From: Blastocatellia bacterium | Lineage (GTDB): Bacteria; Acidobacteriota; Blastocatellia; HR10; J050 | Reading direction: 5' to 3' | NCBI GenBank assembly: GCA_025054955.1 | Contig: JANWZE010000108.1 | Span: 13,830 to 77,829 of the forward strand | DNA: 64,000 nucleotides | Shown: positions 1-11,853 of the stretch, one piece after another | Layout of the letters: each line of letters starts with the position of its first letter | How positions within the stretch are numbered: the stretch's first letter is position 1 | Made by a program: the position numbers and the translations under genes | The notes under the pieces: model-generated | What the model saw: the letters and a program-made list of their open reading frames with translations, nothing else | What the model was told of the DNA's origin: nothing | The model's database searches: none

Positions 1-631
1 CGCGCTGGCCGAAGCGCCCGACATAGACGATGCCCTCCGACGCGAACTGGGCTTGGCTCGCACAGAAAATCACGGCGCGCGACTAGTGGATCAAATCATG
101 TTACCGGCGTTGAACCTGCGTGGCATTCGCTTCGGACAGGTCGGCGACAAAGCCACTAACGCGATCCAGACCGAAGCTCACGCTTCGATTGATTTCCGGT
201 TGGTGCCTAACCAGACACCGGAAAAAGTTCGCGCACGAGTCGAGGCGCACATCAGGCAGCAGGGATTCTTTATTGTTGGCGATACACCAGACGCGGCAAC
301 CCGACAAAAACACGCCAAGCTCATCAGAGTGCGGTGGTCAGACGGATACCCACCCGCGCGCACACCGATGGATGCGCCGGCAGCGCGGGCTGTCATCCAA
401 ACGATCGAGGAAGCGACCACCTCAACGATCATCAAGTTGCCGACGCTTGGCGGCAGCGTGCCGATGTATTTGTTCGCCGACCTGCTGAACACGCCGGTCA
501 TCGGACTGCCCATTGCCAACCACGACAACAATCAACATGCAGCCAATGAAAACATCCGCTTGCAAAACCTGTGGGACGGCATTGAGGTTTTTGCTCATTT
601 ACTTGCTCGACTGGGCGTTCACTGGCAATGA
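1..631 (+). CDS. M20-family metallopeptidase (ArgE/DapE/dipeptidase-like), C-terminal part; 5' end lies outside the window
   Basis: The ORF runs from the window edge with an M20 dimerisation/C-terminal-like sequence (…GFFIVGDTPDAATRQKHAKLIRV…). The start was not observed. Confidence 0.55.
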   Translation, partial: ALAEAPDIDDALRRELGLARTENHGARLVDQIMLPALNLRGIRFGQVGDKATNAIQTEAHASIDFRLVPNQTPEKVRARVEAHIRQQGFFIVGDTPDAATRQKHAKLIRVRWSDGYPPARTPMDAPAARAVIQTIEEATTSTIIKLPTLGGSVPMYLFADLLNTPVIGLPIANHDNNQHAANENIRLQNLWDGIEVFAHLLARLGVHWQ

Positions 632-710
632 GCATGACGAGGCGCTACACAACAACTTTCTGTTCCGCGTCTTGAATGTTCATAATCAGTCCATTAGCAT
701 TGAGCGTGCA

Positions 711-1535
711 ATGATCCGACTGAAAAATATCCAGGTGACGCTTCCGACGCGTGATGTCGCGGCTGCCGCAGCGTTTTACATTGACGTTCTCGGTTTTCGC
801 CGCGAGAGCCAAACCGCTCGGCAAGCGATTTTGGCCAGAGGCGATTTTCGACTGGGGCTGGTCGTGGCCGAGCCGGGCGCGACACATCATCCTCAATCAG
901 CGCAATTACGACTCACATTGGCTGACCGAGATCAGCTCAAAGAGCTGCTGGATCAGGTCAGACGCTTGAACTTGACGGTACTGGAGGAGATCCACGAGCA
1001 TGCTGATGGTTCACTGATATTTTCGTTCGTTGCCCCTGACGAACACATCATTGAAATCATGACCCAGCCAATGCCCTCCTCTGGCCAAGTCGTGGCAGAA
1101 AGCACGCCTGCACAGCCGTCGGCGCAAGCGTCGGCTTCACCACCAGCAACTCGGCCGAGTTCATCCGCAGCTCGCCCGTCACGCGCCGAACGCTACGCGC
1201 TCGAATCGCAAGCCCTGCTGGCCAAGATCAAAGAAGAAGTGGCCAGCTTGAGCACTTCATTTTCTCCAGCCGATCTTGCGGCGACACTCGATGAGATGAA
1301 GCAGAAAGTTCTCCAGCGCATGAGCGAGATCACCGAAAAGGTGACGATTGCGGTTGAAGACCACGACGAGCAGGAAGAGAAAAAGAAAGAGGCTCAACAC
1401 ATCTTAGAGCGTTACAAACAGGCGATGAATCAGGCGGCTCCGCCAACGGCGGAGCCGCCAGCGGAAGCAGACGCTTCCAAGCCGGTGCGAAAGACGCTCG
1501 GCCCAGCCCCCGATGAAAAGCAACCAAACGAGTGA
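711..1535 (+). CDS. VOC/glyoxalase-fold protein with a long Pro/Ala/Ser-rich and charged helical C-terminal tail
   Basis: Motif VTLPTRDVAAAAAFYIDVLGF is typical of the VOC fold. ATG at 711 was chosen because the upstream part of the ORF (513-710) overlaps the preceding gene. The tail is low-complexity. Confidence 0.5.
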   Translation: MIRLKNIQVTLPTRDVAAAAAFYIDVLGFRRESQTARQAILARGDFRLGLVVAEPGATHHPQSAQLRLTLADRDQLKELLDQVRRLNLTVLEEIHEHADGSLIFSFVAPDEHIIEIMTQPMPSSGQVVAESTPAQPSAQASASPPATRPSSSAARPSRAERYALESQALLAKIKEEVASLSTSFSPADLAATLDEMKQKVLQRMSEITEKVTIAVEDHDEQEEKKKEAQHILERYKQAMNQAAPPTAEPPAEADASKPVRKTLGPAPDEKQPNE

Positions 1536-1575
1536 AGCGGTGGCCTGCCCGTGGCACGCTGAGATTGAACGCCGT

Positions 1576-2865
1576 TTATGCTCGCTGCGCCTCCATCGGC
1601 AAGACCTTGACGACGACAATCGTAGTATCGTCGCGAAGCTGGCTGTCACCGGTGAATTGTTTCATGTCAGCATAGAGCGTCTGGCACAAAGCGGACGCGC
1701 TCAGATGGGCGTTAGCGCGAGCGACTTGCTCGATCCGTCCGCGGTCGAACATCTGATGGGCAGCGTTTTCGGCCTCGACCAGACCATCGGTGTACATCAG
1801 CAGCACATCACCCGGAAGCAAATCAATGGTTCGCTCATTGTAGGTCTGATCCTCAATCAGCCCGAGTACCATGCCGCCGCTTCTCAAGTATCGCACACTG
1901 CCATCGGCGCGTAGCACCACAGGCGGATGATGACCAGCGTTGCTAAAGGTGAACCGGCGATTGGCCACGTCCAGCACACCATAAACGGCGGTAACAAATT
2001 GGTAGCCAGCCAGGCTTTCACAAAGCAGCTTGTTCACTTTGGCAAAGATCGTCCGAATCGAATAATTGTTTCTGATCTCAGCTCGGAGAAAGGCGCGGAA
2101 CGCAGACATGATCAGCGACGCTGGAATGCCTTTGCCGGCGACATCAGCAATGACAATGCCCAGATGGCCCGGCACGATGGGAATGAAATCGTAATAATCA
2201 CCGCCGATGTCTTCTGAGGGCACATTGAGGCCGGCAATATCAAATCCATCCACGTGGGGCGCCGCCGCAGGCAGCAAACTGAGTTGTACTTCGCGGGCGA
2301 TGCGGAGCTGTTCTTCCAGGCGCTTCTTTTCGAGCCGTTCACGATGCAGCAGCGCCTTCTCAAGCGAGATGGCCGCTTGCGTCGCCAGCACAGTGAGCCA
2401 CTGTAAATCTTCGTCGGTGAAGTGGCCGGGCCGATCACTTTCCAGATTGAACGCGCCGATAATTTTCCCATTGCTGATGATGGGCACGGTTAACTGGCTC
2501 TGCGTTGTGGGGCGACTCCTCATGTAGTAAGGATTTTGCTCAACCACAGGGGCCAGCACGCTTTCACCGGTTGTGATGACGCGCCCGACAATGCCACGCA
2601 TGTGAGCCAGCGGCACCTCAACGCACTCCGATTCATGGTAACCACGACTGACAACATGCTCGACGGTCTGCGTATTGGGGTCGAGTAAATAGATTTCGGC
2701 AGCGTCATAGGGAATCAAAATCCGAGCCGATTCCAGAATGAAGTCCAATACTTCTTCCAGCTCCAATGATGAGTTGATGCGGCGATTGATCTCCAGCATC
2801 GTCCGCAATCGCGATTCATTCTTCAACTGCTCTTCGACAACAGCCACAGCTTCTCCTCCTCGCAA
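1576..2865 (-). CDS. GAF-domain PP2C-type Ser/Thr phosphatase (RsbU/SpoIIE-like)
   Basis: N-terminal GAF region followed by PP2C motifs (GDYYDF…, IADVAGKG, YTDGLVEA). 429 aa. Confidence 0.8.
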   Translation of the reverse strand: MRGGEAVAVVEEQLKNESRLRTMLEINRRINSSLELEEVLDFILESARILIPYDAAEIYLLDPNTQTVEHVVSRGYHESECVEVPLAHMRGIVGRVITTGESVLAPVVEQNPYYMRSRPTTQSQLTVPIISNGKIIGAFNLESDRPGHFTDEDLQWLTVLATQAAISLEKALLHRERLEKKRLEEQLRIAREVQLSLLPAAAPHVDGFDIAGLNVPSEDIGGDYYDFIPIVPGHLGIVIADVAGKGIPASLIMSAFRAFLRAEIRNNYSIRTIFAKVNKLLCESLAGYQFVTAVYGVLDVANRRFTFSNAGHHPPVVLRADGSVRYLRSGGMVLGLIEDQTYNERTIDLLPGDVLLMYTDGLVEAENAAHQMFDRGRIEQVARANAHLSASALCQTLYADMKQFTGDSQLRDDTTIVVVKVLPMEAQRA

Positions 2866-3245
2866 CCTGGAACGCCGATGGCGCAGGCCCGGCGGATCAA
2901 CGCAGAATAACTATCGGTGGATGCTCGTTCACGGAGCATCATCCACGTCCCATGCTTGTTCATCTCCTGCGGTATGTGACCACACAGAGGCGTCTCCGTC
3001 AACCACAGGCCACAACACCGGCGAACGAGTTTACGTTGAGCTTTGGTGACGCACATAACTCACGGACGAGTTGCGATCATAAGGGCACATTATACGGTTG
3101 TTTCAGGAAACAGCAACCGAGCAGAGCCACAGGTAACCTGATTCGTCTTAGAGCGGTTTGCAAGTGAGCTTATCCCGGAAGCGCACGCGCGTTTATTAGC
3201 CGGCAAGATGGGGTGCCCACAGGCCAAAGGCAATGGAAAATTGCT

Positions 3246-3926
3246 CTAGCCCACAAACTTGTAACCGATGCGGTGGACGGTAATGATGTAACGGGGATCG
3301 CTTGGCGTGTCTTCGATTTTTTTTCTGAGTTTGGCGATGTGCATGTCAACGGTGCGGGTGAACGGGAAATTCTGGTAACCCCAGACGGCATCGAGCAACT
3401 GATCGCGCGTGACTACTTCGCCACGATGCTCGATGAAGTAGCGCATGATGTCAAACTCACGTGGCGACAGCTCGAGCGCCTCCTCACCTTTGGTTGCTCG
3501 AACTCGTTTGAAGTCCAACGTGATATTGCCGAAACGATAGATTTCGATCTTTTCCGCAGGCTTGGAGGCGCGTCGCAGAACGGCTTCGACGCGGGCCATC
3601 AGCTCGACGAAGCTGAATGGTTTGGTGACGTAATCATCGGCGCCGAGCCTGAGGCCGCGCACCTTGTCCATCTCCTGCCCGCGCGCCGTCAGCATGATGA
3701 TGGGCATGCCATAGCCTTGGCTGCGAAGCCGTTGACACACATCCAACCCGCTCAGTTGGGGCAGCATGATGTCCAGGATAATCAAGTCGGGTTGCTGTTC
3801 GGCGGCCAGTTGCAATCCCAGGACGCCATCCGAGGCTTCCAGCACATCGTACCCTTCGAATCGAAAACCATCGCGCAGCGCGACAGCCATCGTAGGGTCA
3901 TCTTCGATGATCAACACTCGTTTCAT
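3246..3926 (-). CDS. OmpR-family response regulator
   Basis: Receiver domain ([10 protein letters not shown]…D…K) plus winged-helix C-terminus (…[12 protein letters not shown]). An alternative start at 3959 would overlap the kinase stop. Confidence 0.85.
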   Translation of the reverse strand: MKRVLIIEDDPTMAVALRDGFRFEGYDVLEASDGVLGLQLAAEQQPDLIILDIMLPQLSGLDVCQRLRSQGYGMPIIMLTARGQEMDKVRGLRLGADDYVTKPFSFVELMARVEAVLRRASKPAEKIEIYRFGNITLDFKRVRATKGEEALELSPREFDIMRYFIEHRGEVVTRDQLLDAVWGYQNFPFTRTVDMHIAKLRKKIEDTPSDPRYIITVHRIGYKFVG

Positions 3927-3955
3927 GATCGTGCTCTGCCATAATCGGAGGACGG

Positions 3956-5581
3956 TCACGGCTGGCGGCTTGCCGGTTGAAGCGGCAGATGGATGGTGAA
4001 TGTGCTCCCTTTGCCCAATTCACTTTCGACGGTGACCCGCCCGCGATGAGCTTCCACGATATGCTTGACGATGGATAAGCCGAGCCCGCTTCCTTTGACG
4101 TCGTGCACCAGGCCGGTGCTGACGCGGTGGAATCGCTCGAAGATTTTCGTTTGTTCTTCGCGTGGAATGCCCAGCCCGTGATCGGTGACCGACACGGTGG
4201 CTTCTGCCTTGATGTGACCCACACGGACATGAATCTGTCTGGCCGAGCCGGAATACTTGACAGCATTATCCAAGAGGTTCATCAGCGCCTGCGCAATCGC
4301 CTGAGGGTCAATCAGCGCCGGCGGCAATGGCTCATGCGGTCGCTGAAAATCAATCGAGAACCCGCGTTGCTTGAGTTGGACTTCGACCGTCTTGAGGGTT
4401 TCGCTGACCAGCTCAGTCAAGTCGGTCAGCTCGAAGTGGTAGGTCTTCTGCCCAGACTCGATCTTGGAAAAATCCAGAATGTTGTTGATCAACTGGGTCA
4501 ACCGCTGACTTTCTGTCTCGATGTATTGACCGTATTCAGCCACCTTATCGGGCTGCGTGACGCGCCCCATCTTGAGCAGTTCGCCAAACACACGAATCGA
4601 GGCCAGCGGCGTGCGCAGTTCGTGTGAGACGTTTGAGACGAAGTCGGTCTTCATCTGCGACAATTTCATCTCACGCGAGGCGGTGCGCAACGCTAAGACA
4701 ATGCCACCAATGAGCATGATCGTCATCAACACTGAAAGCGAGAGATTGATCATCATGTAGCGCCGCGCCCATTGTTCCGGCGTCTCGTCGCGGCTCTGGA
4801 TGCCCAAGCGCCATTTCTCAAACACAAACGGCAAGGAGAGCCATACCACCTCACCTCTGCCTTCGCTCGGTTGACTTGTATAGACCTTTCGGCCTGAGCT
4901 ATCGTAGGCCATGACGATCAGGTTCTCTCCCTCGTTGTTGGAGAAACTGCGCGCTAATGTCTCTTGAATCACGCGAGGCAGAACTTTGTCCTGGAAATGG
5001 GCTACGTCTACAATCATCCCGGCGACGCCGATCACGCGCGACGCTTCGTCAACAATTGGATTGAGGATAATCGGGTTCTGCGGATCGTGATCGCTGAAGC
5101 TGAGCGTTGTCGTCTCAACACCGGCGTTCTGTAACCGCACCAGTCTCCACGGCGTGCAGGCGAGGGTGACGGCCCGCGCTTGTGGGCAATCGGATCGCAG
5201 TTTCATGCCACGATCGGTCGCATCGTAGAAAAACGTGCGCGATTCTCCATTGGGCGCAAACAGCATGACGAATAATTCACGCGCGCCACAACTGAGCTTC
5301 TTTTTGAAATGATAGCTCACCCTGTGAATCCGTTCTTCCGAGCACGTCTCCGGTGGGATGTTGAGGACCCGTTCGGCATCCATTCGGTAGATCGTCTCGA
5401 TCTCTTTGACGACCGCCTGCAGATAGTTGGTCAACATCGCCCGGCGGGCCAGCGGCGAAGTCCTCTCCAACTCTTTCAGCGACTGATACTGCACGCCAAG
5501 CAGGACCAGCAGTGGGATGACAACGGCCAGAAAACCGACCCAGAGCAGATGTCGTCGCAGAAATGTTCTGAGCGTTGCCAT
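3956..5581 (-). CDS. Sensor histidine kinase (2 TM, periplasmic sensor, HisKA + HATPase_c)
   Basis: H-box [10 protein letters not shown] boxes ([18 protein letters not shown]). Lies immediately upstream of, and co-oriented with, the response regulator. Confidence 0.85.
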   Translation of the reverse strand: MATLRTFLRRHLLWVGFLAVVIPLLVLLGVQYQSLKELERTSPLARRAMLTNYLQAVVKEIETIYRMDAERVLNIPPETCSEERIHRVSYHFKKKLSCGARELFVMLFAPNGESRTFFYDATDRGMKLRSDCPQARAVTLACTPWRLVRLQNAGVETTTLSFSDHDPQNPIILNPIVDEASRVIGVAGMIVDVAHFQDKVLPRVIQETLARSFSNNEGENLIVMAYDSSGRKVYTSQPSEGRGEVVWLSLPFVFEKWRLGIQSRDETPEQWARRYMMINLSLSVLMTIMLIGGIVLALRTASREMKLSQMKTDFVSNVSHELRTPLASIRVFGELLKMGRVTQPDKVAEYGQYIETESQRLTQLINNILDFSKIESGQKTYHFELTDLTELVSETLKTVEVQLKQRGFSIDFQRPHEPLPPALIDPQAIAQALMNLLDNAVKYSGSARQIHVRVGHIKAEATVSVTDHGLGIPREEQTKIFERFHRVSTGLVHDVKGSGLGLSIVKHIVEAHRGRVTVESELGKGSTFTIHLPLQPASRQP

Positions 5582-5977
5582 GCCCGGTCATTATACATAG
5601 ATTCAGCGTCAGCGGTCAGTTGATGCGCGTCGCATTGGAAGAGCGGACAATCACTTTTTACGGGTTTTTACAGCGACGGCTCGAGCTTTGCAGAAAGCTA
5701 TCGTTGAGCGATACGTGCAAGCTGATTCACGGGCGCTTGAGCGGATCGCTTCTGCTGCATGATGACCAACGGAAAAGAAATCACCAACGAGTGCATCATT
5801 GCCGCTTGGCAGCCGCCTCGTGCTCAAAACAGCGGGTCTCGCTTGCGTGCTGAATCCTGACGCTCATTCTGCCCGCCACCGACGGGCATTTGATCCTGAA
5901 CATCCATCTGAAAACCACTGTAATGCGCTTGTCAACGTGTTGACGCGCATCGCACGGAACAAATTACAACCGAGCAG

Positions 5978-6006
5978 TTGATGCCGAGGTTTTTATAGCA
6001 TAATAT
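5978..6006 (+). promoter_or_regulatory. Candidate sigma70-type promoter for the mrp operon (TTGATG-17-TAATAT); palindrome GTCAAC-GT-GTTGAC lies ~40 bp upstream
   Basis: Near-consensus hexamers with a 17-nt spacer sit ~55 bp upstream of the mrpA ATG. Sequence inspection only. Confidence 0.3.
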
Positions 6007-6059
6007 CACGCGGGCAGAAGATGGGCTTGAAGTCGTGGTTCTGCTGGTGAGAGACAATC

Positions 6060-8366
6060 ATGCTGGAAGCCGTCCTCTCAGGATTTGTTGTATCGTTGAC
6101 AGCGCCCTGGTGGCAGCGCATTGGGCGAGCTGCCTCAGGCTGGTTATTAGCCGTCTTGCCAGTGGGGCTGGTGATTTACTTTGCGCAGTTCCTCGGACCG
6201 CTGACCGACGGTACAACACTGGTTACATCGGATCGGTGGCTTCCGAGTCTCGGTATCAATTTGTCGTTTCACTTGGATGGACTCAGTCTGCTGTTCGCCC
6301 TGCTGATTAGCGGCATTGGCGCGTTGGTGCTGATCTATGCCGGTGCATACCTGAAGGGGCATCCACACCTTGGCCGATTCTACGCCTACATACTGATGTT
6401 CATGGCGTCCATGCTAGGCGTGGTGCTGGCCGACAATGTGATCACGTTGTTTGTCTTCTGGGAACTGACCAGCGTCAGCTCCTACCTGTTGATCGGATTT
6501 GATCACGAACGTGAAGCGGCGCGCGCAGCGGCCTTGCAAGCCCTGTTGGTGACCGGCCTGGGTGGTCTGGCGTTGCTGGCCGGACTGGTCTTGCTTGGCC
6601 ACGTTGGCGGCAGTTGGGAACTTTCCGTGCTGCTCGGTCGAGGCGAGGCAATCCGTTCACATTCATTGTATCAACCGATCCTCCTCCTGATCTTGATTGG
6701 CGCGTTCACCAAATCAGCGCAATTTCCCTTTCATTTCTGGTTGCCGGCAGCGATGGAAGCGCCGACGCCCGTGAGCAGCTACTTGCATTCGGCCACGATG
6801 GTGAAAGCGGGCGTCTATCTGCTGGCGCGGCTCCATCCGGCGCTGGGCGGCACTGATGATTGGCACTACGCTGTTACGTTGGCCGGCGCCATGACGATGC
6901 TGGTTGGCGCAATCATCGCGCTGCGGCAGCATGATATGAAACAGTTGCTTGCCTATTCAACAGTCAGCGCGCTGGGCATGTTGATGCTGCTGCTGGGACT
7001 GGGCACGATACTTTCGATCAAAGCAGCGATGGTCTTTCTGGTGGTTCACGCGCTGTATAAGGGCGCGCTGTTTTTGATCGCCGGCGCTGTGGATCATGAA
7101 ACAGGAACGCGGGATGTCAGGCAACTGGGCGGCTTGCGGCTGATGATGCCGATCACGGCTGTGGCCGGCATGCTAGCGGCGCTCTCGATGGCTGGATTGC
7201 CCCCCATGCTGGGGTTCATCAGCAAAGAACTGATCTACGAAGCCAAGCTGCAAGCGCCACAGGCCGGCTGGCTCATCACGCTGGCAGGCGTCATCGCCAA
7301 CATCTGGATCGTGGCCGTCGCCATCACCGTCGGCATTCGTCCATTTCTCGGTTCAGCGGCGAAGACACCGAACCAGCCACATGAAGCGCCATTCTCACTC
7401 TGGCTTGGGCCGGTGATACTGGCCGGGTTGAGTTTTATTCTGGGGTTACTGCCTGATGTCCTTGGTCAGGCGCTTCTGTCGCCGGCGGCTGGCGCGGTCC
7501 GCGGTGAGCCAACCGAAATCAAACTCGCGTTATGGCACGGCATCAATCCGGTGCTCGCCTTGAGCGTGCAGACCGTTGTTTGTGGCCTGGTGGTGTTTGC
7601 CGTGCGCCATCAGATGCGGCGCATGCCCTGGCCGCGGATGTTCACCGGCGCCAACGTCTACAAGCTGAGCCTCGATCTGCTGAACGCGGTCGCTCGCGTT
7701 CAGACGCGCGCTGTGCAAACCGGCTACCTGCGATTCTATCTGCTAATGCTGATTGTCACGACTGTCGGTTTAGGTGGATACACACTGATAGATCGCGTGG
7801 AATTGAACCAGCAGAGCGGCTGGTCAGACATTCGCGCTCATGAATGGATGATTGCGATCATGATACTGACGGCGACTGTGATGGTTGTGCGGGCTTCGTC
7901 TCGGTTGGTTGCGGTGGCTGCGCTGGGCGTGATTGGCTATGGCGTGGCCGTGATTTTCATGCTGTTTGGCGCGCCAGACCTCGCAATCACACAATTCACC
8001 ATCGAAACGCTGGCTGTTATTCTCTTCGTGTTGGTGCTTTATCGGCTGCCACGGTTAGCTGCGTTGTCTAGTTCGGCAGCGCGGGTTCGCGACGCCGTGG
8101 TCGCATTAGCCGCAGGCGGATTGATGACCATGCTCGTCGTGGCAGCCAGCGGCGTCTGGCGGCCAGCGCCATTGACAGAGTACTTCGCCCAGAACAGCTT
8201 GTTGCTGGCACATGGACGCAATGTCGTGAATGTCATACTGGTGGATTTTCGCAGTTTGGACACGTTGGGCGAGATCACCGTGCTGGCTGTCGCCGCTATC
8301 GGTGTTTACGCTCTGCTCCGGCTGCGATTGGAGACTGCCAAGGAGTCATCGGACTATGACAGCTAG
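6060..8366 (+). CDS. mrpA: Na+/H+ antiporter subunit A (MrpA/MnhA, with fused MrpB-like C-terminal domain)
   Basis: 768 aa polytopic protein. NuoL-like core (…[15 protein letters not shown]…) and C-terminal MnhB-like motif [20 protein letters not shown]. Confidence 0.9.
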   Translation: MLEAVLSGFVVSLTAPWWQRIGRAASGWLLAVLPVGLVIYFAQFLGPLTDGTTLVTSDRWLPSLGINLSFHLDGLSLLFALLISGIGALVLIYAGAYLKGHPHLGRFYAYILMFMASMLGVVLADNVITLFVFWELTSVSSYLLIGFDHEREAARAAALQALLVTGLGGLALLAGLVLLGHVGGSWELSVLLGRGEAIRSHSLYQPILLLILIGAFTKSAQFPFHFWLPAAMEAPTPVSSYLHSATMVKAGVYLLARLHPALGGTDDWHYAVTLAGAMTMLVGAIIALRQHDMKQLLAYSTVSALGMLMLLLGLGTILSIKAAMVFLVVHALYKGALFLIAGAVDHETGTRDVRQLGGLRLMMPITAVAGMLAALSMAGLPPMLGFISKELIYEAKLQAPQAGWLITLAGVIANIWIVAVAITVGIRPFLGSAAKTPNQPHEAPFSLWLGPVILAGLSFILGLLPDVLGQALLSPAAGAVRGEPTEIKLALWHGINPVLALSVQTVVCGLVVFAVRHQMRRMPWPRMFTGANVYKLSLDLLNAVARVQTRAVQTGYLRFYLLMLIVTTVGLGGYTLIDRVELNQQSGWSDIRAHEWMIAIMILTATVMVVRASSRLVAVAALGVIGYGVAVIFMLFGAPDLAITQFTIETLAVILFVLVLYRLPRLAALSSSAARVRDAVVALAAGGLMTMLVVAASGVWRPAPLTEYFAQNSLLLAHGRNVVNVILVDFRSLDTLGEITVLAVAAIGVYALLRLRLETAKESSDYDS

Positions 8367-9471
8367 CTTACATCTGGGTCGCATCTGGGGTATTCCGATT
8401 GGATTGCACTGGAGTTGGTTTTTGATCTTTGGACTGGTGACCTGGTCGCTGGCGCTCGGTTTTTTCCCGCGAGAACATCCGGGACTGCCTCCGCCAGCTT
8501 ATTGGGTGTTAGGAGCGATTACCAGCGTGCTATTCTTCGCCTCGGTGCTGATTCACGAACTGGGACACACCTACTTTGCCTTGCGCGACGGACTGCCAGT
8601 TCGTGCCATCACGCTCTTCCTCTTCGGTGGCGTGGCGCAACTTGGCCAAGAGCCGCGCACGCCGGCGTCGGAGTTCCGCATCTCGATTGCCGGGCCGTTG
8701 ACCAGTCTGGCACTGGCCGGTCTGTTTGCTCTGCTGTACCAACTTGATCAAGCCATCGTCTATCTGGCTGCGCCGAGCCTGTGGCTGGCGCGAATCAATT
8801 TCATCCTGGCCGTGTTTAACATGATCCCCGGATTCCCGCTGGATGGCGGTCGCGTGCTGCGAGCGATTCTCTGGCATTTCACCGGCAGCCTGCAACGCGC
8901 CACGCAAATCGCTTCATTCAGCGGTCAAGTCATCGCCTTTGGGTTCATCGGCTGGGGCATGTTCACGATGTTTCGAGGCGGCTTGTTTGAAGGTCTGTGG
9001 TTAGCCTTCATTGGCTGGTTCTTGCAGAATGCGGCAGCAGCCACGTATGCGGCTGTCAACCTTCAGCAGGTGCTACGCGGCGTTCGTGTAGCCCGTGTCA
9101 TGGCGCCCGGCTATCCGCAGGTGAGCGGTCAAACGTTGCTCGATCAACTCGTCGAAGACCATGTGATGGGCAGCGGGCAGCGATATTTCTTTGTCGCGGA
9201 GGCCGGCCGGCCGCGCGGCATGGTCACGCTTCGCGAAGTCACCCGCGTGCCCAGGGCGCAGTGGAGCCAAACATCAGCCGAACAGGTGATGGTGCCGTGG
9301 GATCGGTTGACACGCATCACGCCGAACATGGAGCTGCAAACCGCTCTCCAAACGATGGACGACGCCAACGTCGCCCAAGTCCCCGTCGTTGAGGATGACC
9401 AAATCGTCGGCGTGCTCTCACGCGAACACGTCTTGCACTACATTCGCACGCGGGCTGAATTAGGCATATAA
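8356..9471 (+). CDS. M50B site-2 protease with C-terminal CBS pair (SpoIVFB-like)
   Basis: HExxH ([11 protein letters not shown]) and the second zinc-ligand motif [14 protein letters not shown]. Two CBS-like repeats at the C-terminus. An AGGAG sequence lies 10 nt upstream of the ATG, and the start overlaps the mrpA stop by 11 nt. Confidence 0.8.
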   Translation: MTASLHLGRIWGIPIGLHWSWFLIFGLVTWSLALGFFPREHPGLPPPAYWVLGAITSVLFFASVLIHELGHTYFALRDGLPVRAITLFLFGGVAQLGQEPRTPASEFRISIAGPLTSLALAGLFALLYQLDQAIVYLAAPSLWLARINFILAVFNMIPGFPLDGGRVLRAILWHFTGSLQRATQIASFSGQVIAFGFIGWGMFTMFRGGLFEGLWLAFIGWFLQNAAAATYAAVNLQQVLRGVRVARVMAPGYPQVSGQTLLDQLVEDHVMGSGQRYFFVAEAGRPRGMVTLREVTRVPRAQWSQTSAEQVMVPWDRLTRITPNMELQTALQTMDDANVAQVPVVEDDQIVGVLSREHVLHYIRTRAELGI

Positions 9472-9490
9472 CCCCGGAGGATCGTCGCTC

Positions 9491-9898
9491 ATGAAATCAC
9501 TGATTCTCTCCACAGCGACCTACTACCTGCTACCGTTGCTGTTGTTGTTCTCCATCTTTTTGCTGATTCGTGGACACAACCAACCGGGCGGTGGATTTGT
9601 TGGCGGACTCGTAGCAGCCGCCGCTTTATCGCTCTATGCCATTGCGCAAGGAACCGCCGAGGTGCGCCGAGCGATTCGATTGCGGTGGGGCGCGCTCATC
9701 GGGATAGGATTGCTCACCGCGACGGGTAGCGGCTTGCTTGGACTTTTGAGCGGATACCCGTTTATGACCGGACGATGGTACGCCCAGCCGGTGCCGCTGC
9801 TGGGCAAAGTGGGAACGCCGTTGTTGTTTGACGTTGGCGTTTATTTGGTCGTGCTCGGCGTCACCATGACGATCATCTTCACGCTGGCTGAGGAGTAA
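9491..9898 (+). CDS. mrpB: Na+/H+ antiporter subunit B (MrpB/MnhB)
   Basis: 135 aa membrane protein carrying the GGGFVGGL motif, in mrp gene order. Confidence 0.8.
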   Translation: MKSLILSTATYYLLPLLLLFSIFLLIRGHNQPGGGFVGGLVAAAALSLYAIAQGTAEVRRAIRLRWGALIGIGLLTATGSGLLGLLSGYPFMTGRWYAQPVPLLGKVGTPLLFDVGVYLVVLGVTMTIIFTLAEE

Positions 9899-9900
9899 CG

Positions 9901-10248
9901 ATGGAAACGTTGTTGGCGCTCGTCATTGGCGGACTCTACGGAGCCGGCCTTTACTTGATGATGCGGCGGAGCATGGTCAAATTGATTCTGGGCTTAGTGC
10001 TGCTCGGACACGCGGCCAACTTGTTGATCTTCACCGTCAGCCGGTTGACGCGCGGGCAATCACCGATTGTGCCGCCCGACCAAACGACGCTGGTCGCGCC
10101 ATTCGCTGACCCTGTGCCGCAGGCGCTGGTGTTGACGGCGATCGTCATAGGCTTTGGCGTGCAAGCATTCGCCATCGTGCTCCTGAAACGCGCTCATCAA
10201 GTGATCGGGACAGACGACCTCGATCAGATGAACACGACGGACACATGA
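9901..10248 (+). CDS. mrpC: Na+/H+ antiporter subunit C (MrpC/MnhC, NuoK-like)
   Basis: 115 aa, 3 TM, NuoK-like. Adjacent to mrpB and mrpD. Confidence 0.85.
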   Translation: METLLALVIGGLYGAGLYLMMRRSMVKLILGLVLLGHAANLLIFTVSRLTRGQSPIVPPDQTTLVAPFADPVPQALVLTAIVIGFGVQAFAIVLLKRAHQVIGTDDLDQMNTTDT

Positions 10249-10357
10249 GCCGAGGCGCCCGCTCAGCTCAATCAGGCTCGGAACCGGCAGGCGTCTCTGC
10301 ATGAAGTTATGAACAACCGATCAGCACTTTGAAATCTGTGAGGATGAGCACACGCCG

Positions 10358-11851
10358 ATGAACCTGTTGTTGACGCTGCCTCTGCTGATTCCGCTGGCGA
10401 CAGCGACGGCGCTGTTGTTGAGCTGGCGCTATCGGCGCGCCCAACGATTCCTCAGCGTAGTGGGAGCGACGGCGCTGCTCGGCTCATCGCTCGGATTGCT
10501 CTCATCAGTCTGGCGGCATGGCATTCACGTCTCGCAGATAGGAAATTGGCCCGCTCCGTTTGGCATCACGCTGGTGGCTGATCTGCTGAGCGCGACGATG
10601 GTTGTACTGGCCGGGCTGGTGGGTCTTGTCGTCGTTGTCTATTCGCTGGTCAGCATAGACGCGCGACGCGAATCATTCGGCTATCACTGGCTGTTGCACA
10701 TCTTGTTGATGGGCGTTTGCGGTTCGTTTCTCACGGGCGACATCTTCAATCTGTATGTCTGGTTTGAAGTGATGTTGATCGCCTCCTTTGTGTTGATGAC
10801 GTTGGGCGGCGAGCGCGCGCAGCTTGAAGGCGCGATCAAATATGTCACGCTGAACCTGATGTCGTCGGCGCTGTTCCTGGCGGCTATCGGCATCCTGTAT
10901 GGCGCGGTCGGCACACTGAACATGGCCGACCTGGCTCGACAATTGAACACGGTGTCGTCGCCCGGACTGGCGACGACGCTGGCCATCTTGTTTTTGATCT
11001 CGTTTGGGATCAAAGCAGCGGTGTTTCCTTTCTTCACCTGGCTGCCAGCTTCCTATCACACGCCACCTGTTGCCATCTCAGCGATCTTTGCCGGCCTGCT
11101 GACGAAAGTTGGCGTCTATGCGTTGATTCGCGTCTTCACGTTGTTGTTTGTGCAGGATGTCGGCTATACGCACAGCGTGATTCTCGTCATCGCCGGCTTG
11201 ACGATGGTGACGGGCGTGCTGGGCGCTGCCGCACAACGTGAGGTTCGGCGCATCCTTTCGTTTCACATTGTCAGTCAAATCGGCTACATGATCATGGGGC
11301 TGGGCCTGCTAACGCCGATGGCATTGGCCGGGTCCGTGTTCTACCTCATCCATCACATCATCGTGAAGACAAACCTGTTTTTGATTAGCGGCGTCATGCA
11401 CAGACTGCGAGGAACCTACCTGCTGGCGCAGCTTGGCGGACTTTATCAGGCTGCGCCGTTGCTGGCGTTGCTGTTTCTCATTCCGGCGTCGTCACTGGCT
11501 GGCATTCCGCCGCTGTCTGGCTTCTGGGCTAAATTCGTGTTGGTCAGAGCCGGTCTGGAAAGTGAGCAATACGTGATCGTGGCGACAGCGTTGGCCGTGA
11601 GTCTGTTGACGCTCTTTTCAATGACCAAAATTTGGGCTGAAGCGTTTTGGAAACCATCAGCCAACAACGGCCAGCGCACAGCGGCTGAGCCTGCGTCATT
11701 GACGCTGCTGCTTCCCATTGGCGCGCTTGCGGGGTTAACGGTACTGATTGGGCTTGTCGCAGAGCCAGTCTTCGTACTATCGTGGCGTGCCGCTGAGCAA
11801 TTGATGAATCCTGCGCAATACACTGAGGCGGTGCTGGGGAAAACGCGATAG
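10358..11851 (+). CDS. mrpD: Na+/H+ antiporter subunit D (MrpD/MnhD, NuoM/N-like)
   Basis: 497 aa with conserved proton-pump motifs (…[31 protein letters not shown]…). Confidence 0.9.
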   Translation: MNLLLTLPLLIPLATATALLLSWRYRRAQRFLSVVGATALLGSSLGLLSSVWRHGIHVSQIGNWPAPFGITLVADLLSATMVVLAGLVGLVVVVYSLVSIDARRESFGYHWLLHILLMGVCGSFLTGDIFNLYVWFEVMLIASFVLMTLGGERAQLEGAIKYVTLNLMSSALFLAAIGILYGAVGTLNMADLARQLNTVSSPGLATTLAILFLISFGIKAAVFPFFTWLPASYHTPPVAISAIFAGLLTKVGVYALIRVFTLLFVQDVGYTHSVILVIAGLTMVTGVLGAAAQREVRRILSFHIVSQIGYMIMGLGLLTPMALAGSVFYLIHHIIVKTNLFLISGVMHRLRGTYLLAQLGGLYQAAPLLALLFLIPASSLAGIPPLSGFWAKFVLVRAGLESEQYVIVATALAVSLLTLFSMTKIWAEAFWKPSANNGQRTAAEPASLTLLLPIGALAGLTVLIGLVAEPVFVLSWRAAEQLMNPAQYTEAVLGKTR

Positions 11852-11853
11852 CT

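Noticed and set aside
513-710. Upstream part of the VOC ORF starting at 513
   Set aside because: It overlaps the C-terminal region of the M20 peptidase gene. The VOC domain begins after ATG 711.
3213-3944. 243-aa plus-strand ORF antisense to the response regulator, with similar long antisense ORFs at 23859-24749, 27073-27690, 30382-31026, 32098-32721 and 60783-61604
   Set aside because: In GC-rich DNA the antisense frames of real genes are often open. These have no family resemblance, while the sense-strand genes have clear homologues.
8230-8355. Upstream part of the 413-aa S2P ORF starting at 8230
   Set aside because: It overlaps the last 45 codons of mrpA in another frame. The AGGAG-preceded ATG at 8356 gives a canonical S2P N-terminus.
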